Shown one piece after another: positions 39,914-51,179 of a DNA stretch of 64,000 nt. Source of the DNA: Thermodesulfobacteriota bacterium. Its GTDB lineage: Bacteria > Desulfobacterota_D > UBA1144 > Nemesobacterales > JAJCZQ01. The stretch's first letter is position 1. Each line of letters begins with the position of its first letter. The stretch lies in the NCBI GenBank assembly GCA_965215275.1, contig OZ244044.1, forward strand, positions 864,001-928,000, in the 5' to 3' direction. Made by a program: the position numbers and the translations under genes. Below the pieces are notes generated by a model. That model did no database searches, had not been told where the DNA came from, and saw nothing but the letters and a program-made list of their open reading frames with translations.

Positions 39914-40858
39914 TTATTTGAGGGTTTTAATGTATTCAATGACATGAGTAATTTCCTCATCACTTAATATACCTTTAAAAGAGGGCATAACTGGTGCATA
40001 TCCCTCTACCATTTGTTCATTGGGATTTAAAATGGATTCCCTTATATAGTTTTCGTCCACGACCACGATGTCCCCGCTCTGCAGCCTTTCGGTCGTGCCG
40101 AAGACGGCTTTAAACGTAGGTCCTACCCCAGCCGACCCGTCAATGCTGTGACAGGCACCGCAGCCCCTGTTGTCGTACAGTCTGCGACCGCTCTCGGCAG
40201 GTGACAGGCTAACCGACAGCATATCCCCGGATTCTATCCCAGTGCCTTTGTCCCATATGGCAAAGGCTTCAGGGCTCAGTACCTTGACCCTGGCGACCAT
40301 ATTGGAATGGCTCGTTCCGCAGTACTCGGCACAGAAAAGGTCGAATGTCCCGACCTTCGTGGGAGTAAACCACAACTGCGAGTAAACGCCGGGAAGAATG
40401 TCCTGTTTTACCCTGAAATCAGGTACGAAAAAACTGTGGATCACGTCCTCCGATCTCATGACCATCTTCACGGGAACGTTCTGCTGGACGTAAAGTTCGT
40501 TAATGGTCTTTCTGCCGTTGTAATAGTCAAACTCCCAGAGCCACTGTCTTGCGGTAACGTTCACCTCAATGGCGTCTGCGGGCGGGTTGCGCATCTCCCT
40601 GAACTGAAGGTATCCCCATGCAAAGATGACCATAAGGATAACCGAAGGGATAATGGTCCATATGACCTCAAGCATCTCGTTGCCGGTAATGTACGGCGTT
40701 TCATCGCTGTCGGACCTTCTTCTGTACTTTATCGCGAAAAACACTAAAAAAGCCGATATAAGAAAGAAGAAGAAAACCGATATAACGGTTACGAACAGGA
40801 TTACATTATCTACTCCACTGGCCAAATTGGATGCATTATCAGGTAACCAGTCAAACAT
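39914..40858 (-). CDS. ctaC: cytochrome c oxidase subunit II with fused cytochrome c
   Basis: DVIHSF, CAEYCG..H..M, CGACH. Confidence 0.95.
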   Translation of the reverse strand: MFDWLPDNASNLASGVDNVILFVTVISVFFFFLISAFLVFFAIKYRRRSDSDETPYITGNEMLEVIWTIIPSVILMVIFAWGYLQFREMRNPPADAIEVNVTARQWLWEFDYYNGRKTINELYVQQNVPVKMVMRSEDVIHSFFVPDFRVKQDILPGVYSQLWFTPTKVGTFDLFCAEYCGTSHSNMVARVKVLSPEAFAIWDKGTGIESGDMLSVSLSPAESGRRLYDNRGCGACHSIDGSAGVGPTFKAVFGTTERLQSGDIVVVDENYIRESILNPNEQMVEGYAPVMPSFKGILSDEEITHVIEYIKTLK

Positions 40859-40900
40859 CGTTAATCAATCAACCTCAACTTTATAAAGATATATAAGTAA

Positions 40901-41755
40901 TTAATTCGTCTTTTTTTCTCTTATCCAGAAAAAAGCAAGAAAACCGGATAAAGCGAACAAGGTAACCATTCCACCGGCTTTTACAATATTAAGCGCCTTA
41001 AGTGCATATTTTTTCCCGACGGGATCGAACTGATAGCAGAAGAGAAGCACCCTGTTGCTCAGTGAATTCTTACCGATCTTGCCATCAGACGCCTCTATAA
41101 GTGCCAGTTTATAATCCCGGGGATCATGCTGAATTCCGTACAGGTATCGTGATATCCTGCCTTCAGGGGTAAGAACGATCAGAGCGGAAGGGTGCGCAAA
41201 TTCATGACCATCCTTTATGAACTTATATCCCATCGAGCCCGTCAGCTCTATTATACTGTCCTTATCTCCGGTCAGGAAAGTCCAGCCTGAATCCGAACCC
41301 CCGGAGCGTTCCGCAAGTTCGTCAAGATACTTCTGCGACCTGCTCTTTGCGAGCAGATGGTCATCTTCCGGGTTAAAACTTATCGACAGTACCCTGTAGT
41401 CCGTACCCGTTCTGAAGTCCCTGGATCCCTGTATGGCCTTGCTCATGCCCTCAAGTGCAAAACCGCACACCCGCGGACAGCTCAGGTACATCATGTTTAT
41501 CACTACCGGCTTATCATCAAAATAGCTTCCCAGAGTAACGGCCTTACCGTTATGGTCCGTAAAGACAAGGTCCAGGTTTATGGCCTCGTTCAGCTTTTCA
41601 TCGATCCCCACAAGGGAAACGTCCTTTACGTTGGAAAGTCCATGGGCGCCTGAACCCGCAAGCGTCGCACAGAAAAAAGCGATCAGCAAAATACTCAATA
41701 TCCGTAAAGAATTAAGATCAAACATGTGTTTCGAACCAGTACCATCAGATAACAA
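40901..41755 (-). CDS. SCO1/SenC copper chaperone
   Basis: CPRVC, FAHP, ISRYLYG; start uncertain. Confidence 0.88.
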   Translation of the reverse strand: MLSDGTGSKHMFDLNSLRILSILLIAFFCATLAGSGAHGLSNVKDVSLVGIDEKLNEAINLDLVFTDHNGKAVTLGSYFDDKPVVINMMYLSCPRVCGFALEGMSKAIQGSRDFRTGTDYRVLSISFNPEDDHLLAKSRSQKYLDELAERSGGSDSGWTFLTGDKDSIIELTGSMGYKFIKDGHEFAHPSALIVLTPEGRISRYLYGIQHDPRDYKLALIEASDGKIGKNSLSNRVLLFCYQFDPVGKKYALKALNIVKAGGMVTLFALSGFLAFFWIREKKTN

Positions 41756-41954
41756 AACTTAAATCACCTCAGCGATCCGGTTCTTACCTTACCTTATCTG
41801 AAACTTGCCGGCCGATACTGTCCCCCTCTCTCACCAGACCGGACATATTATGCGTATAATTTATCCGAGATGACGACGCTGTCAAGTAAAAACAGCAGGA
41901 ACCGGACGGACAGGACCCATCAGCCCGTCCGTGTCAGCCGTGAACCCTTTCCTT

Positions 41955-43079
41955 TTATTGATCGATCACGATAGCCTCTCTGGCAGAGGGAAATTCCCTT
42001 ATCTTGATCCCTAAAACGATCCCGACCGCTATAAAGGCAGTAACGACCGATGACCCTCCATAGCTGAAGAACAGTAAAGGCACACCGATTACGGGCAGAA
42101 GCCCAAGGACCATGCCGACGTTAAGGCATGCATGCCAGAAAAAGAGCATAGCTACGCCCAGAGAGGTCACCATCGAGAACTTATCCCTTGCGGAACTTGC
42201 CACGTCAACTATAAAAAGAAGGAGCAGAAAATAGATCACCAGTACAGAAGCCGCACCTGCAAAACCCCATTCCTCTGCAAGGACGGAGAAGGCAAAGTCC
42301 GTTCTCTGTTCAGGTATGAACCTGAGCTGGGACTGCGTGCCGGAACCAAACCCCTTGCCTTTCAGTTTACCCGAACCGACAGCGATCTGGGACTGCAGGG
42401 AGTTATATCCCGCCCCATGAGGGTCCTGCAGTGGATCGACAAAGGTCAGTATCCTTTCCCTCTGATAGTCCTTAAAAAAGAAATGCCAGGTAGGTACGGA
42501 TACAAGGACCAGCATGGCCAGGAGCATCAGAAGGGACCTTCTTTCTATCCCTATAAAGACCAGAAGCGACCCGAATATCAGCAGTATCACCAGCAGAGTG
42601 CCAAAATCAGGCTGTATGACCATAAGCACGCAGACAGGCACGATGAAAGATATAGGCTCTATCAGATTACCCAGGCTGAAAGACCCGTCCTTAAAACTGT
42701 TATGATAGAACCGGGCAAGGACCAGTATCACGGCGATCTTCACGAACTCGGAAGGCTGAACCGACAGACTTCCGACGGTTATCCAGCTCCTAGAACCAGA
42801 CACCTCCTTACCGAACACGATCACAACGACCAGCGCAAGTACGGAAATAAAGTACATGTGAAGGACGTATCTCCTTACAGTGCCCGCGGAGATGAACGCC
42901 ATCGCCGTCATTGCGGCTATACCAACGCCGAACCATATAAGCTGCTTTTTAAAAATGTAAAATCCTGAGTGAAGCGATATGCTGTAAAGATTAACTGCTC
43001 CAAGTGCCGACAGGAGCAACGGCAGGACTATGACCGGCCAGGTAAAGTTCTTCAGGATCCTCCTGTTTAACATGGACAT
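41955..43079 (-). CDS. rodA: rod shape-determining protein RodA
   Basis: QPSEFVK, QPDFGT, AVGSG, SYGGSS. Confidence 0.95.
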   Translation of the reverse strand: MSMLNRRILKNFTWPVIVLPLLLSALGAVNLYSISLHSGFYIFKKQLIWFGVGIAAMTAMAFISAGTVRRYVLHMYFISVLALVVVIVFGKEVSGSRSWITVGSLSVQPSEFVKIAVILVLARFYHNSFKDGSFSLGNLIEPISFIVPVCVLMVIQPDFGTLLVILLIFGSLLVFIGIERRSLLMLLAMLVLVSVPTWHFFFKDYQRERILTFVDPLQDPHGAGYNSLQSQIAVGSGKLKGKGFGSGTQSQLRFIPEQRTDFAFSVLAEEWGFAGAASVLVIYFLLLLFIVDVASSARDKFSMVTSLGVAMLFFWHACLNVGMVLGLLPVIGVPLLFFSYGGSSVVTAFIAVGIVLGIKIREFPSAREAIVIDQ

Positions 43080-43086
43080 TTTTCAG

Positions 43087-44892
43087 TTACCTTCCGCTCG
43101 TCGTTCTGATCTGCCGATACTTCTCGATCACCTTTTTTGCAACGGGAGCGGCAACCCTTCCTCCCTTACCTCCATGCTCTATCAGAACGGTCACGGCGAT
43201 CTCCGGGGACCGTGCGGGATAGTATGAAGTAAACCACGCGTGGTCTTCGTGGATCGGATTATCGGTCTGCAGTTCACGCGAGACGACCTGAGAGGTCCCC
43301 GTTTTACCAGCCACCATGTTCCTGCCTACCATTGCCCGTGAACCCGTACCAAGTATATCATTTACCGCCCCGACGAGAGAGTTCTGCAGATGCTGCAGTT
43401 CCTGATCGTCAAAGGGAAGCCTGTTTACGACCTCAGGTGAAAAAAGCCGGGTCCTTTCACCTTCACTCGAAACGACCTCACGGACTATCTGAGGCCTGAG
43501 CAGTACCCCTCCATTAGCAACAGCCGCCGTCATCATCGCCACCTGAAGGGGAGTGACCGTTAAGTACCCCTGCCCTATGGAAGCGATAATGGTCTCACCC
43601 GGATACCATATTTCCTTATGTACCCTGTTCTTCCAGGATCTGGTCGGCACAAGTCCGTCCTCTTCGCTGATCTCGATACCCGTCGCTTTTCCAAAGCCAA
43701 AGAGCCTTGCGTACTCCGAGAGCGTATCTATACCGAGCTTTTCACCAAGGGTGTAGAAAAAGACGTCACAGGACTGCACCATGGCCGAATGCATATTTAC
43801 CCACCCATGTCCCGAGTGCTTCCAGCAGCGGAACTTCTTTTCGCCAAAGGAGTAATGACCGGGACAGAGGAACTCCGTCTCGGGGGTAATTATCTTTTCT
43901 CTGAGACCGGCCAGTGCCGTGACGATCTTAAAGACCGAACCGGGCAGGTATACTCCCTGAGCTGATCTGTTAAGCATTGGTTTGGACGGGTCGTTCACCA
44001 GTTCGTTCCATTTCTGAAAATCGATCCCTCCAACGAAGCTGTCAGGCGTGAACGAGGGACTTGCGGCCATTGCCAGAATACCTCCCGTGTTCACGTCCAC
44101 CACGATAACGGAACCTATTTTACCGGAATCCGACAGCATTTCTTCAGCGACCTTCTGCAGGCCGGAATCAACCGTCAGGAACACGTCACTGCCGGAGATG
44201 GTCTCTTTATTCGGGAACTGGACCTGAAAAAGGTTCGACTGAACCTCCCGTCCCATTACGTCAACGGTCTGATACTTTATACCGCTCGTTCCTCTCAGTA
44301 TGTCCTCTCTGCTCTTTTCTATTCCCGTTTTTCCCAAAATGGAAACGAACGCCGTGTCAGGATGGACCCGAAGGTCTTCTTCAGTGGGCTTTCCCAGGTA
44401 ACCAAGGATAAATGCTCCCAGTTTACCTCCGGGATAATCTCTTAAATAGCTCACCTCTATTGCCACGCCCGAGAGCATTGGCTTGATGGTCTCGATCGCG
44501 ATCAGTGCGTCCCTGCCGATGTCCCTTGCGATGGTTACCGGAAAAAAGGAATTCTGCTCCTTGGCTTCCACTATGCGTTTTGCTATCTCCTGCTGACTTT
44601 CATCAAGATAAGAGGAGATCAGCTCCGAGACGGCATCCGGGTCGCTTATCTCTTTAGGGAATATCTTTACGTTAAAAGAGGCCCTGTCCACGACCAGTGG
44701 CTCACCGTTCCTGTCAAAGATGCTGCCCCTTGGAGCAAATTCCTTAATTACCCGTATACGATTCTGTACCGAGAACTTCTCGTAGTCATCCCCTTTAAGG
44801 ATCTGCAGGTACACAAGCCTCAGCATAAAGACCAGAAATATGCTCCCTATCAGTATTATGGAGATAAAGAATTTACTTTTGTATTCTCGCAT
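43087..44892 (-). CDS. mrdA: penicillin-binding protein 2
   Basis: PGSVFK, SCD, KTGT; within mre operon. Confidence 0.95.
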   Translation of the reverse strand: MREYKSKFFISIILIGSIFLVFMLRLVYLQILKGDDYEKFSVQNRIRVIKEFAPRGSIFDRNGEPLVVDRASFNVKIFPKEISDPDAVSELISSYLDESQQEIAKRIVEAKEQNSFFPVTIARDIGRDALIAIETIKPMLSGVAIEVSYLRDYPGGKLGAFILGYLGKPTEEDLRVHPDTAFVSILGKTGIEKSREDILRGTSGIKYQTVDVMGREVQSNLFQVQFPNKETISGSDVFLTVDSGLQKVAEEMLSDSGKIGSVIVVDVNTGGILAMAASPSFTPDSFVGGIDFQKWNELVNDPSKPMLNRSAQGVYLPGSVFKIVTALAGLREKIITPETEFLCPGHYSFGEKKFRCWKHSGHGWVNMHSAMVQSCDVFFYTLGEKLGIDTLSEYARLFGFGKATGIEISEEDGLVPTRSWKNRVHKEIWYPGETIIASIGQGYLTVTPLQVAMMTAAVANGGVLLRPQIVREVVSSEGERTRLFSPEVVNRLPFDDQELQHLQNSLVGAVNDILGTGSRAMVGRNMVAGKTGTSQVVSRELQTDNPIHEDHAWFTSYYPARSPEIAVTVLIEHGGKGGRVAAPVAKKVIEKYRQIRTTSGR

Positions 44893-45364
44893 TTATCCTG
44901 TCGAACAGTTCAAAGGCCAGCACACCCACCAGGGAATTACTGATCACCTGGGTTAATATGATACCGGCAGAGATGTTGAATCCATCTGCAAGCTGTACAA
45001 GGACCACCAGCCAGACAAAAAACCACACGTATACGGTACCCAGAGAAAGTGCAAGCAGCTTTGATAAAACATCTTCAAAATCAAAATAGTCCGTCACTCT
45101 TTTTAATATAACAAAAAGGCTCAGCCTTGAAAAAGTATTGAAGCCGATCGCATAACCCGACGACATATCCGCCAGATAACCGTTCAGTATCACTATCAGT
45201 ATACCAAACGGCAGATTTCTGCTTATGGATATATAGATCACCAGTATGAGGTTCAGGTCCGGAACGTAGCGGTTATCTATCAGCGGAAAGAACAGACTGG
45301 ACTGCAGAACGTTAATGGCAAGACTGAAGAGTACCAAAGCAGCAAAGATCAGTGCTTTTTTCAT
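44873..45364 (-). CDS. mreD: rod shape-determining protein MreD
   Basis: Hydrophobic, PDL.LILV, upstream of mrdA. Confidence 0.8.
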   Translation of the reverse strand: MKKALIFAALVLFSLAINVLQSSLFFPLIDNRYVPDLNLILVIYISISRNLPFGILIVILNGYLADMSSGYAIGFNTFSRLSLFVILKRVTDYFDFEDVLSKLLALSLGTVYVWFFVWLVVLVQLADGFNISAGIILTQVISNSLVGVLAFELFDRINARIQK

Positions 45365-45598
45365 TTCCTGTACCGACCGGTCTGAGGACCGTATACACCA
45401 GTAATCAGGATAATCAGAAAATTAAACATTTAAAGTTTAGTATTCCTTCCTGTAAACCGGCTCCAGTATCCTGTACCACTTTCTCTGCCAAAAGAAACAG
45501 TATCACCTGCAGCATATTTTAAGTCTTCAGTGGTTTGCTCAAATTACCCGGGTTCCGTTCTGGCATCTGTGAATTATGGATCTATCTTTACAGCCTGG

Positions 45599-46021
45599 TC
45601 AAGGTCCCTGTTTGCTTCTCTGTAAGGTTCCTCCTGCTGTCGTTATATTTATCCAGCTGCCCAAGATGGGATCTATCTCCTCCTCTCTGGTTGTACTCGT
45701 TCGAGAATTACGGATAGCTGTTGATAAAACTTTAGTAAAACTCCGTATATGCATTTTGTGGACCTTTTCTTTTGTGCTCCTACAAACCCATGAATATCGC
45801 TGCAGATGATTCTCGTTGATATATTGTGAGGTTTTTTCAGATGATCCAATATGTCCTTCAGTCCTGCTGGAACACGAACTGCCTTTTATGGTTATTAAAA
45901 TCCTTTTGGCAGCTGGATAAAACATCCTTCTGATCGGTGGTGTGTTCTGCTGGAACGTACTGTTCTGTAATTCGGTATTAAAACGACAGAAATAACTTCC
46001 ATGAACAGGACCACCCCTCAC
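45599..46021 (-). pseudogene. highly decayed IS1595 transposase C-terminus
   Basis: YINENHLQRY resembles the IS1595 HL.RY motif; remainder scrambled. Confidence 0.35.
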
Positions 46022-46118
46022 GTACCAGCAACTAAAGAGGAACTATCTACAACTTTCTTACAACCTGACCATGATACAGTTCAGGACAAGAGATAAAAAA
46101 GGATAAACGGTATCTTGT

Positions 46119-46685
46119 TCACTGAGGTATATTCTTCTCTTGCTTCAATTTTCTTGATTCATCCATTTTTAATCTATTTCTTTTGATTAAATCCATTAAT
46201 CTATCTCTTTTTCTCATTCCTTCTAATAAGAATTCTCCGATTTTGCTCCTTTCTTCGGGAAATTTTGTATCAGGACGCTCTTCTTTATATAACTGTTCTA
46301 ACTCAGAAAACTTATCAAGATGATCAGGTATAGAAGCAAAGAACTCGTTAGCATCCTTTATTATATTCTGCTTACTGTCTTGCAGCATTTTCAATAACCT
46401 CAGCTGTTGAGCAGAAGGGAGATCTTCTAGTTTTCCTGTCAAGTTCTCTTCTAATCTATTAATATCACTATCTAATTTATCTAACTTATTCAGGTCAGTA
46501 GAACGGCGTTTAGTAAGAGCAATAAGTGATGAATAAGAACTTTTTACTAAAACCATGCTTAATTTATTCATATTAGCTTTTTCTATATTATCTTCATAGT
46601 CTTTAATCATTCCATACGTTATTTCATCAAGAGCAGCTTTGAGCCTGCTATCATTTGAAACTATACCCATTGAAATTAAATCCAT
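46119..46685 (-). CDS. hypothetical coiled-coil protein
   Basis: 188 aa, RBS GAGG, behind leader module A. Confidence 0.65.
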   Translation of the reverse strand: MDLISMGIVSNDSRLKAALDEITYGMIKDYEDNIEKANMNKLSMVLVKSSYSSLIALTKRRSTDLNKLDKLDSDINRLEENLTGKLEDLPSAQQLRLLKMLQDSKQNIIKDANEFFASIPDHLDKFSELEQLYKEERPDTKFPEERSKIGEFLLEGMRKRDRLMDLIKRNRLKMDESRKLKQEKNIPQ

Positions 46686-47278
46686 AACAATTTACCTCTC
46701 TATTAATTTAGTTACTTCATTTCTACGATCAGTTTTCATCTTGACCATATATTCTGTGCTGTCTGATACCACCACATAGAGGGGCAAAAACTCATATTTA
46801 TTGAAAATATTACCATATATAGTAACCGAAATTCATGAACTTATCAAGCTTTTTTCGGTTACTGGACATCAGAGCATATGATCATCTTAAATATATTTAT
46901 GTAAAGAAAAAGAAGGGAAGTATGATGACAGCAAGAAGATCATATCAGAAGGGTTAGTATTCCCTATAGATGAGAATATTGGGTTAAATAAAGAACTATA
47001 TAATGAAAAGGATCTGAGTCTGCTGTTAAGAAAATATGTTTATTTTCAAAGGGGTTATAATATCCTGTTTATCTGATAAAGCACATTATATTCCCTGAAT
47101 CTAATTACTTCATTAACATCATCATTGTTATTAAATCTTTAAACACAATATCGCTTACTTTTGAACGTGTAAATAAACCTTCCTTGTGCAGGTATTCCAT
47201 TATCTCTAAAATCTTTTCTTTGCTCATTCCAGTTCATTACAGAAACGGTCGGATCAAACATTTGTTTAGTCTTGTTCA

Positions 47279-47764
47279 TTAACTCCCATTTTTTTCTTTT
47301 TTGATCAAGTCATCTAAACTTTTAACAATATTTACAATGAGTTCCATCTGTGTATTAAGTTGGTTTATGTCTGTAGTAAGTTGGCTTATGTCCGTATTAA
47401 GTTGGCTTATGTTTGCCGACTGAGTGGCAAACTTTTTGTTTATATCTTCCGACTGAGAAGACAACTGAAAAACCAATTTTTCAGCAAAATCTTTTTTAAC
47501 TTCCTCAACCTTGTCTGAATATTCTTTTAACATTTCCTTCTCCTTGATACTTAATTGGTTGTCTATGTATATCCTAACAAATAAAAACACACCACCAACT
47601 ATTGATGTTGCTAATACCACAAACGCAATTAAATCTTCTTCTAATAGGTCAGAATAATTACAATAAATATATCTACCGAAAACATATATACCAAGTATAA
47701 GATATAAGAATACTAATTTAGCTGTCCAAAGGTCTATTATATTTCTAATATTTTTACGATTCAT
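47279..47764 (-). CDS. 2-TM coiled-coil protein, paralogue of 18433-19026
   Basis: Near-identical core; heptad 21-bp repeat (NISQLNT) in place of the 33-bp expansion. Confidence 0.7.
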   Translation of the reverse strand: MNRKNIRNIIDLWTAKLVFLYLILGIYVFGRYIYCNYSDLLEEDLIAFVVLATSIVGGVFLFVRIYIDNQLSIKEKEMLKEYSDKVEEVKKDFAEKLVFQLSSQSEDINKKFATQSANISQLNTDISQLTTDINQLNTQMELIVNIVKSLDDLIKKEKNGS

Positions 47765-47916
47765 AATACCATTTATTGCTTGATATGTTGAGTAATTTCT
47801 GTACTAAAGCATATTATTCTCTAATTTAATTACTTCATTTCTACGATTTGATACACAATCTGTTGTTTATATACTTTCTCAAGATGACTTAATCTCTTTT
47901 GGTTTGTTATCATCTA

Positions 47917-48237
47917 TTAATGCACATGCGTGGGTTCAGACATATTTAATGGTTTCAACTTGTCGTCTTTTACATTACTATAATTCTGTAATGTAAACTC
48001 ATTTACCAGATTAGTATGTATTGAATATATACTCCCTGTTTTACTTTCTCTCCAAGTAAGCCATTTATTTTCATCATCCATTGTGATATAACCACGTCTT
48101 CTTGTCTTCACATAATCCCTTTTATGAAAGGTTAAAGTACTAAAACCATCATTGGCATTATAATAAACAACCAATACATCATATTTTCCACTTTTAAATA
48201 CCTCTACTGCTTCCTTTAGACTTGCTACTTGGTTCAT
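47917..48237 (-). CDS. hypothetical protein
   Basis: RBS AAGGAGG before MNQVAS; behind a partial promoter module. Confidence 0.6.
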   Translation of the reverse strand: MNQVASLKEAVEVFKSGKYDVLVVYYNANDGFSTLTFHKRDYVKTRRRGYITMDDENKWLTWRESKTGSIYSIHTNLVNEFTLQNYSNVKDDKLKPLNMSEPTHVH

Positions 48238-48411
48238 TACACGTGCTTCCTCCTTAAACAAATAACAAACAGTATACAGTAACCAAAATTCACGAACTTA
48301 TCAAGCTTTTTCGGTTATTGTATATCAGAGCATATGATCACCAAACAAAATGTATTTAGGGATTTAAAATCAACTCAGGATGAGTTGATCTATATATATC
48401 TATAATTATTT

Positions 48412-49155
48412 TCAACAATCCAGTTCAAACATACGAATTGCTTGTTGTGTATCCTTAACCTTTATAAACAATTCTATTGATGCTCTGATTATTTCTTGGT
48501 CATCATTACTTTCGCAATCACTCATAAAAGGATGTTCTTCTTCTACATAACAAATATCTAAAAAATCTTTATTAATCACTAATATTTCATCTTCAGATAC
48601 CGCTGAATAATCACATAACATATCGGTTAATATCATATTATCATCTTGATCATATAACTGAAATTTTTTAGAAAATGAAAAACGGTATTCGTAATTTATA
48701 TCTTGTTTACACTCAGACTTAATCTGTTTACTAAAATGTCTTTCACTCTTATAGTTTAGAACTAAAACATATTTAGATTTAAGATTTAGATATTCAGAAT
48801 CTAATTGTAATTTATCTTGTGGATTTAATGTTGTTTTACCAGAATAAACAGCATGTTCTTTAATCATTTTAAAGAAAGTATTAAATAGTTTATGATTAAA
48901 TCTTGATTTAAAAATTTTATCAAAACTTATATATGTTGTATTAACTCTTTTACCTTCATAAACTGTATTTGGTTCTAATAAATCAGATATCTTTGTATCT
49001 GGAGGAAAAGGAAACCTATCCGCAACAGTTTTAACATCATCACTACTTTCATAATTATCTATATCATCCTTACTTATGGGTTTTGGATCTAAACCTACAT
49101 CTGATAAAATAGATTTCTTTATAAAGTCATTAATATCTAAATATAAATCTAACAT
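48412..49155 (-). CDS. hypothetical protein, possible degenerate phage capsid (DUF5309/SU10-like C-terminus)
   Basis: EDEILVINKDFLDICYV...PF...IIRASIELFIKVKD..AI; hairpin ATCAACTCA/TGAGTTGAT downstream. Confidence 0.4.
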   Translation of the reverse strand: MLDLYLDINDFIKKSILSDVGLDPKPISKDDIDNYESSDDVKTVADRFPFPPDTKISDLLEPNTVYEGKRVNTTYISFDKIFKSRFNHKLFNTFFKMIKEHAVYSGKTTLNPQDKLQLDSEYLNLKSKYVLVLNYKSERHFSKQIKSECKQDINYEYRFSFSKKFQLYDQDDNMILTDMLCDYSAVSEDEILVINKDFLDICYVEEEHPFMSDCESNDDQEIIRASIELFIKVKDTQQAIRMFELDC

Positions 49156-49328
49156 TACTTTAATCTCCTAATTTAATTATTTCATTTCTACGATCAGCTT
49201 TCATTTTCATCTTGACCATATATTCTTTTCTATCTGACACCACCACATATAGTGGCAAAAACTCATATCTACTGAAAATACCACTATATACAGTAACCGA
49301 TATTCAGGAACTTATCAAGTTTTTTTTC

Positions 49329-50509
49329 GGGGGATATACAATAATGACGAAACTCCAAATAAATAGTTGACAAACTGTAGTTTTGTCACTATTACAGGTA
49401 AGAAAGTTAAATAATTGTGAGGGAGTTATATGTCAAAGAAAGCACCTGGGAAATCATACAGGAAAGGGATATCGTTAGTAAAGTTATTCAGGAAATTCCC
49501 TTCTGATGCTGTTGCAGAGGAATGGTTTGTAAAACAGAGGTGGGGAAAGGAACCCGTTTGTCCGTATTGTGGGACAAAAAACGTTCAAACAGGGACTGGT
49601 CATAAGACCATGCCGTACAGGTGCAGAGAAAAAGGATGTTCAAAATGGTTCAGTGTAAGGAGCAGGACAGTTATGCAGTCTTCTAATATCAAGTATCAGG
49701 CTTGGGCAGTGGCTATATATCTTTTTACCACGTCATTAAAGGGAGTATCAAGTATGAAGCTGCATAGAGATCTGGATATTACGCATAGGTCAGCATGGCA
49801 TTTATCGCATCGTATCAGAGAGGCATGGAACAGAGAAGAACTGCAAGTGTTTACAGGTTCCGTGGAGGCAGATGAGACGTTTACAGGTGGAAAAGAGAGA
49901 AACAAGCATAACAACAAGCGTAGTCATACACGAGGACCTGGAGTGAAGTCCATTATTGTAGGAATGAAGAACAGAGAGACAAACAGGGTAATAGCACAAC
50001 CAGTTTCTGAACGGAGTAAAGAGGAAATACAGGGTTTTATAGTTAAGAACGCAGGTCGGGGAGTAAAAATATATACCGATGATCATAAAAGCTATACCGG
50101 GTTGTTGCCTTATGACCATGAGAGCGTGAATCATAGTGTAAGGGAGTACGTTAAAGAGCAGGCACATGTAAACGGAGTGGAATCGTTCTAGGCAATGTAT
50201 GGAAAAACCTTGCCTTATAAAGAACTGATAAGGTAAGATGAATAATGTTATAGGATAAAAAACAGACAAAAAAATAAAAGAAACTTACAATGACGGACAA
50301 GAAATAATAATAGAGATCTTACTAGGAAGTTATGAACCAACAGAAGAAGAGAAAGAGCATCCGTTTGCTATTGATACAACTCCGCAAAAGTTAGCAAAAG
50401 CTATCCTCCAACCTGTCAACGTTAAAAAGAAGGATGTAAAGAAACACATTGCTGAACGTTCAAAAAACAAGAAATAATCCAGGCTTCGTCACTATTGTAT
50501 ATAATTCCC
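49329..50509 (+). mobile_element. IS1595-family insertion sequence (defective)
   Basis: Inverted ends sharing ATATACAATA(A/G)TGACGAA (49329-49351, 50485-50509); truncates leader module C. Confidence 0.85.
49430..50236 (+). pseudogene. IS1595-family DDE transposase with TAG at the FW position and a C-terminal deletion
   Basis: CPYCG..YRC....C Zn ribbon, GVSSMKLHRDL, VEADET, IYTD, HVNGVESF* then GKTLPYKELIR*. Confidence 0.9.
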
Positions 50510-50555
50510 AAAATTAGATTAGATTTGTTCTATTATAAAATCAGGAGATTTTAAA

Positions 50556-51179
50556 ATGTGTTATGAAGTTCCAGGTGGTTGGTTTCATAATCAAGATTTG
50601 TTAGATGTATATAAAGAAATTGATGTGTCAACATTATATCCATTTTTAGAAGAATTAAGAAAAAAGGTAGATGATAACAACGATTTAAAGCTAAATGAAG
50701 AGGTAAACCGTGAACTTTATAACTTTGTTCATTCAACAATCAATAAACAATTTTCAGTAGAAGTAAGAGACTTGACTTTGTTGTTATATCTTAAATTATT
50801 TAAACTTCCTATAGATGAAGTTCCTGAAACACATTTTCAGTTAAATGATGGGGATAAGTATAATCTATGTGGTCAGATAAAACATATATGGTTTAGAGAT
50901 GATATTTCTATTGATAAAAAATTTGATATAGTTGAGTTTGTAATTCAATCGTTTCGGGATAAAGATCGTAAGGAATATGTTATAAAAGGTTTTAGGGATT
51001 TATTTGAAAAAGAAGATGCATTTTATAAAGATGATAATTCCCGTTTTAATATATCTTTTAATTGGAAATCTATATTAAGAAAAATTTTATTATTAAGATA
51101 TTTACCTATTGATTTATGGGAAAAATTCCGTGAACATTTAAATCCTGATGCATGTATTTATAATAAACAAAGGGAATAA
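50556..51179 (+). CDS. hypothetical protein
   Basis: 207-aa AT-rich ORF, RBS AGGAG. Confidence 0.6.
   Translation: MCYEVPGGWFHNQDLLDVYKEIDVSTLYPFLEELRKKVDDNNDLKLNEEVNRELYNFVHSTINKQFSVEVRDLTLLLYLKLFKLPIDEVPETHFQLNDGDKYNLCGQIKHIWFRDDISIDKKFDIVEFVIQSFRDKDRKEYVIKGFRDLFEKEDAFYKDDNSRFNISFNWKSILRKILLLRYLPIDLWEKFREHLNPDACIYNKQRE

Larger units (their letters stand above)
46704..49330 (-). promoter_or_regulatory. repeated promoter/leader module: A 46704-46885, C 49166-49330, partial copies 48272-48341 and 47819-47847
   Basis: Shared AGTAACC.A.ATTCA.GAACTTATCAAG.TTTT.CGG and TAATTTA.TTA.TTCATTTCTACGAT blocks; TTGATA -35 inside the AGTAACCGAAA/TTTCGGTTACT inverted repeat. Confidence 0.75.
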
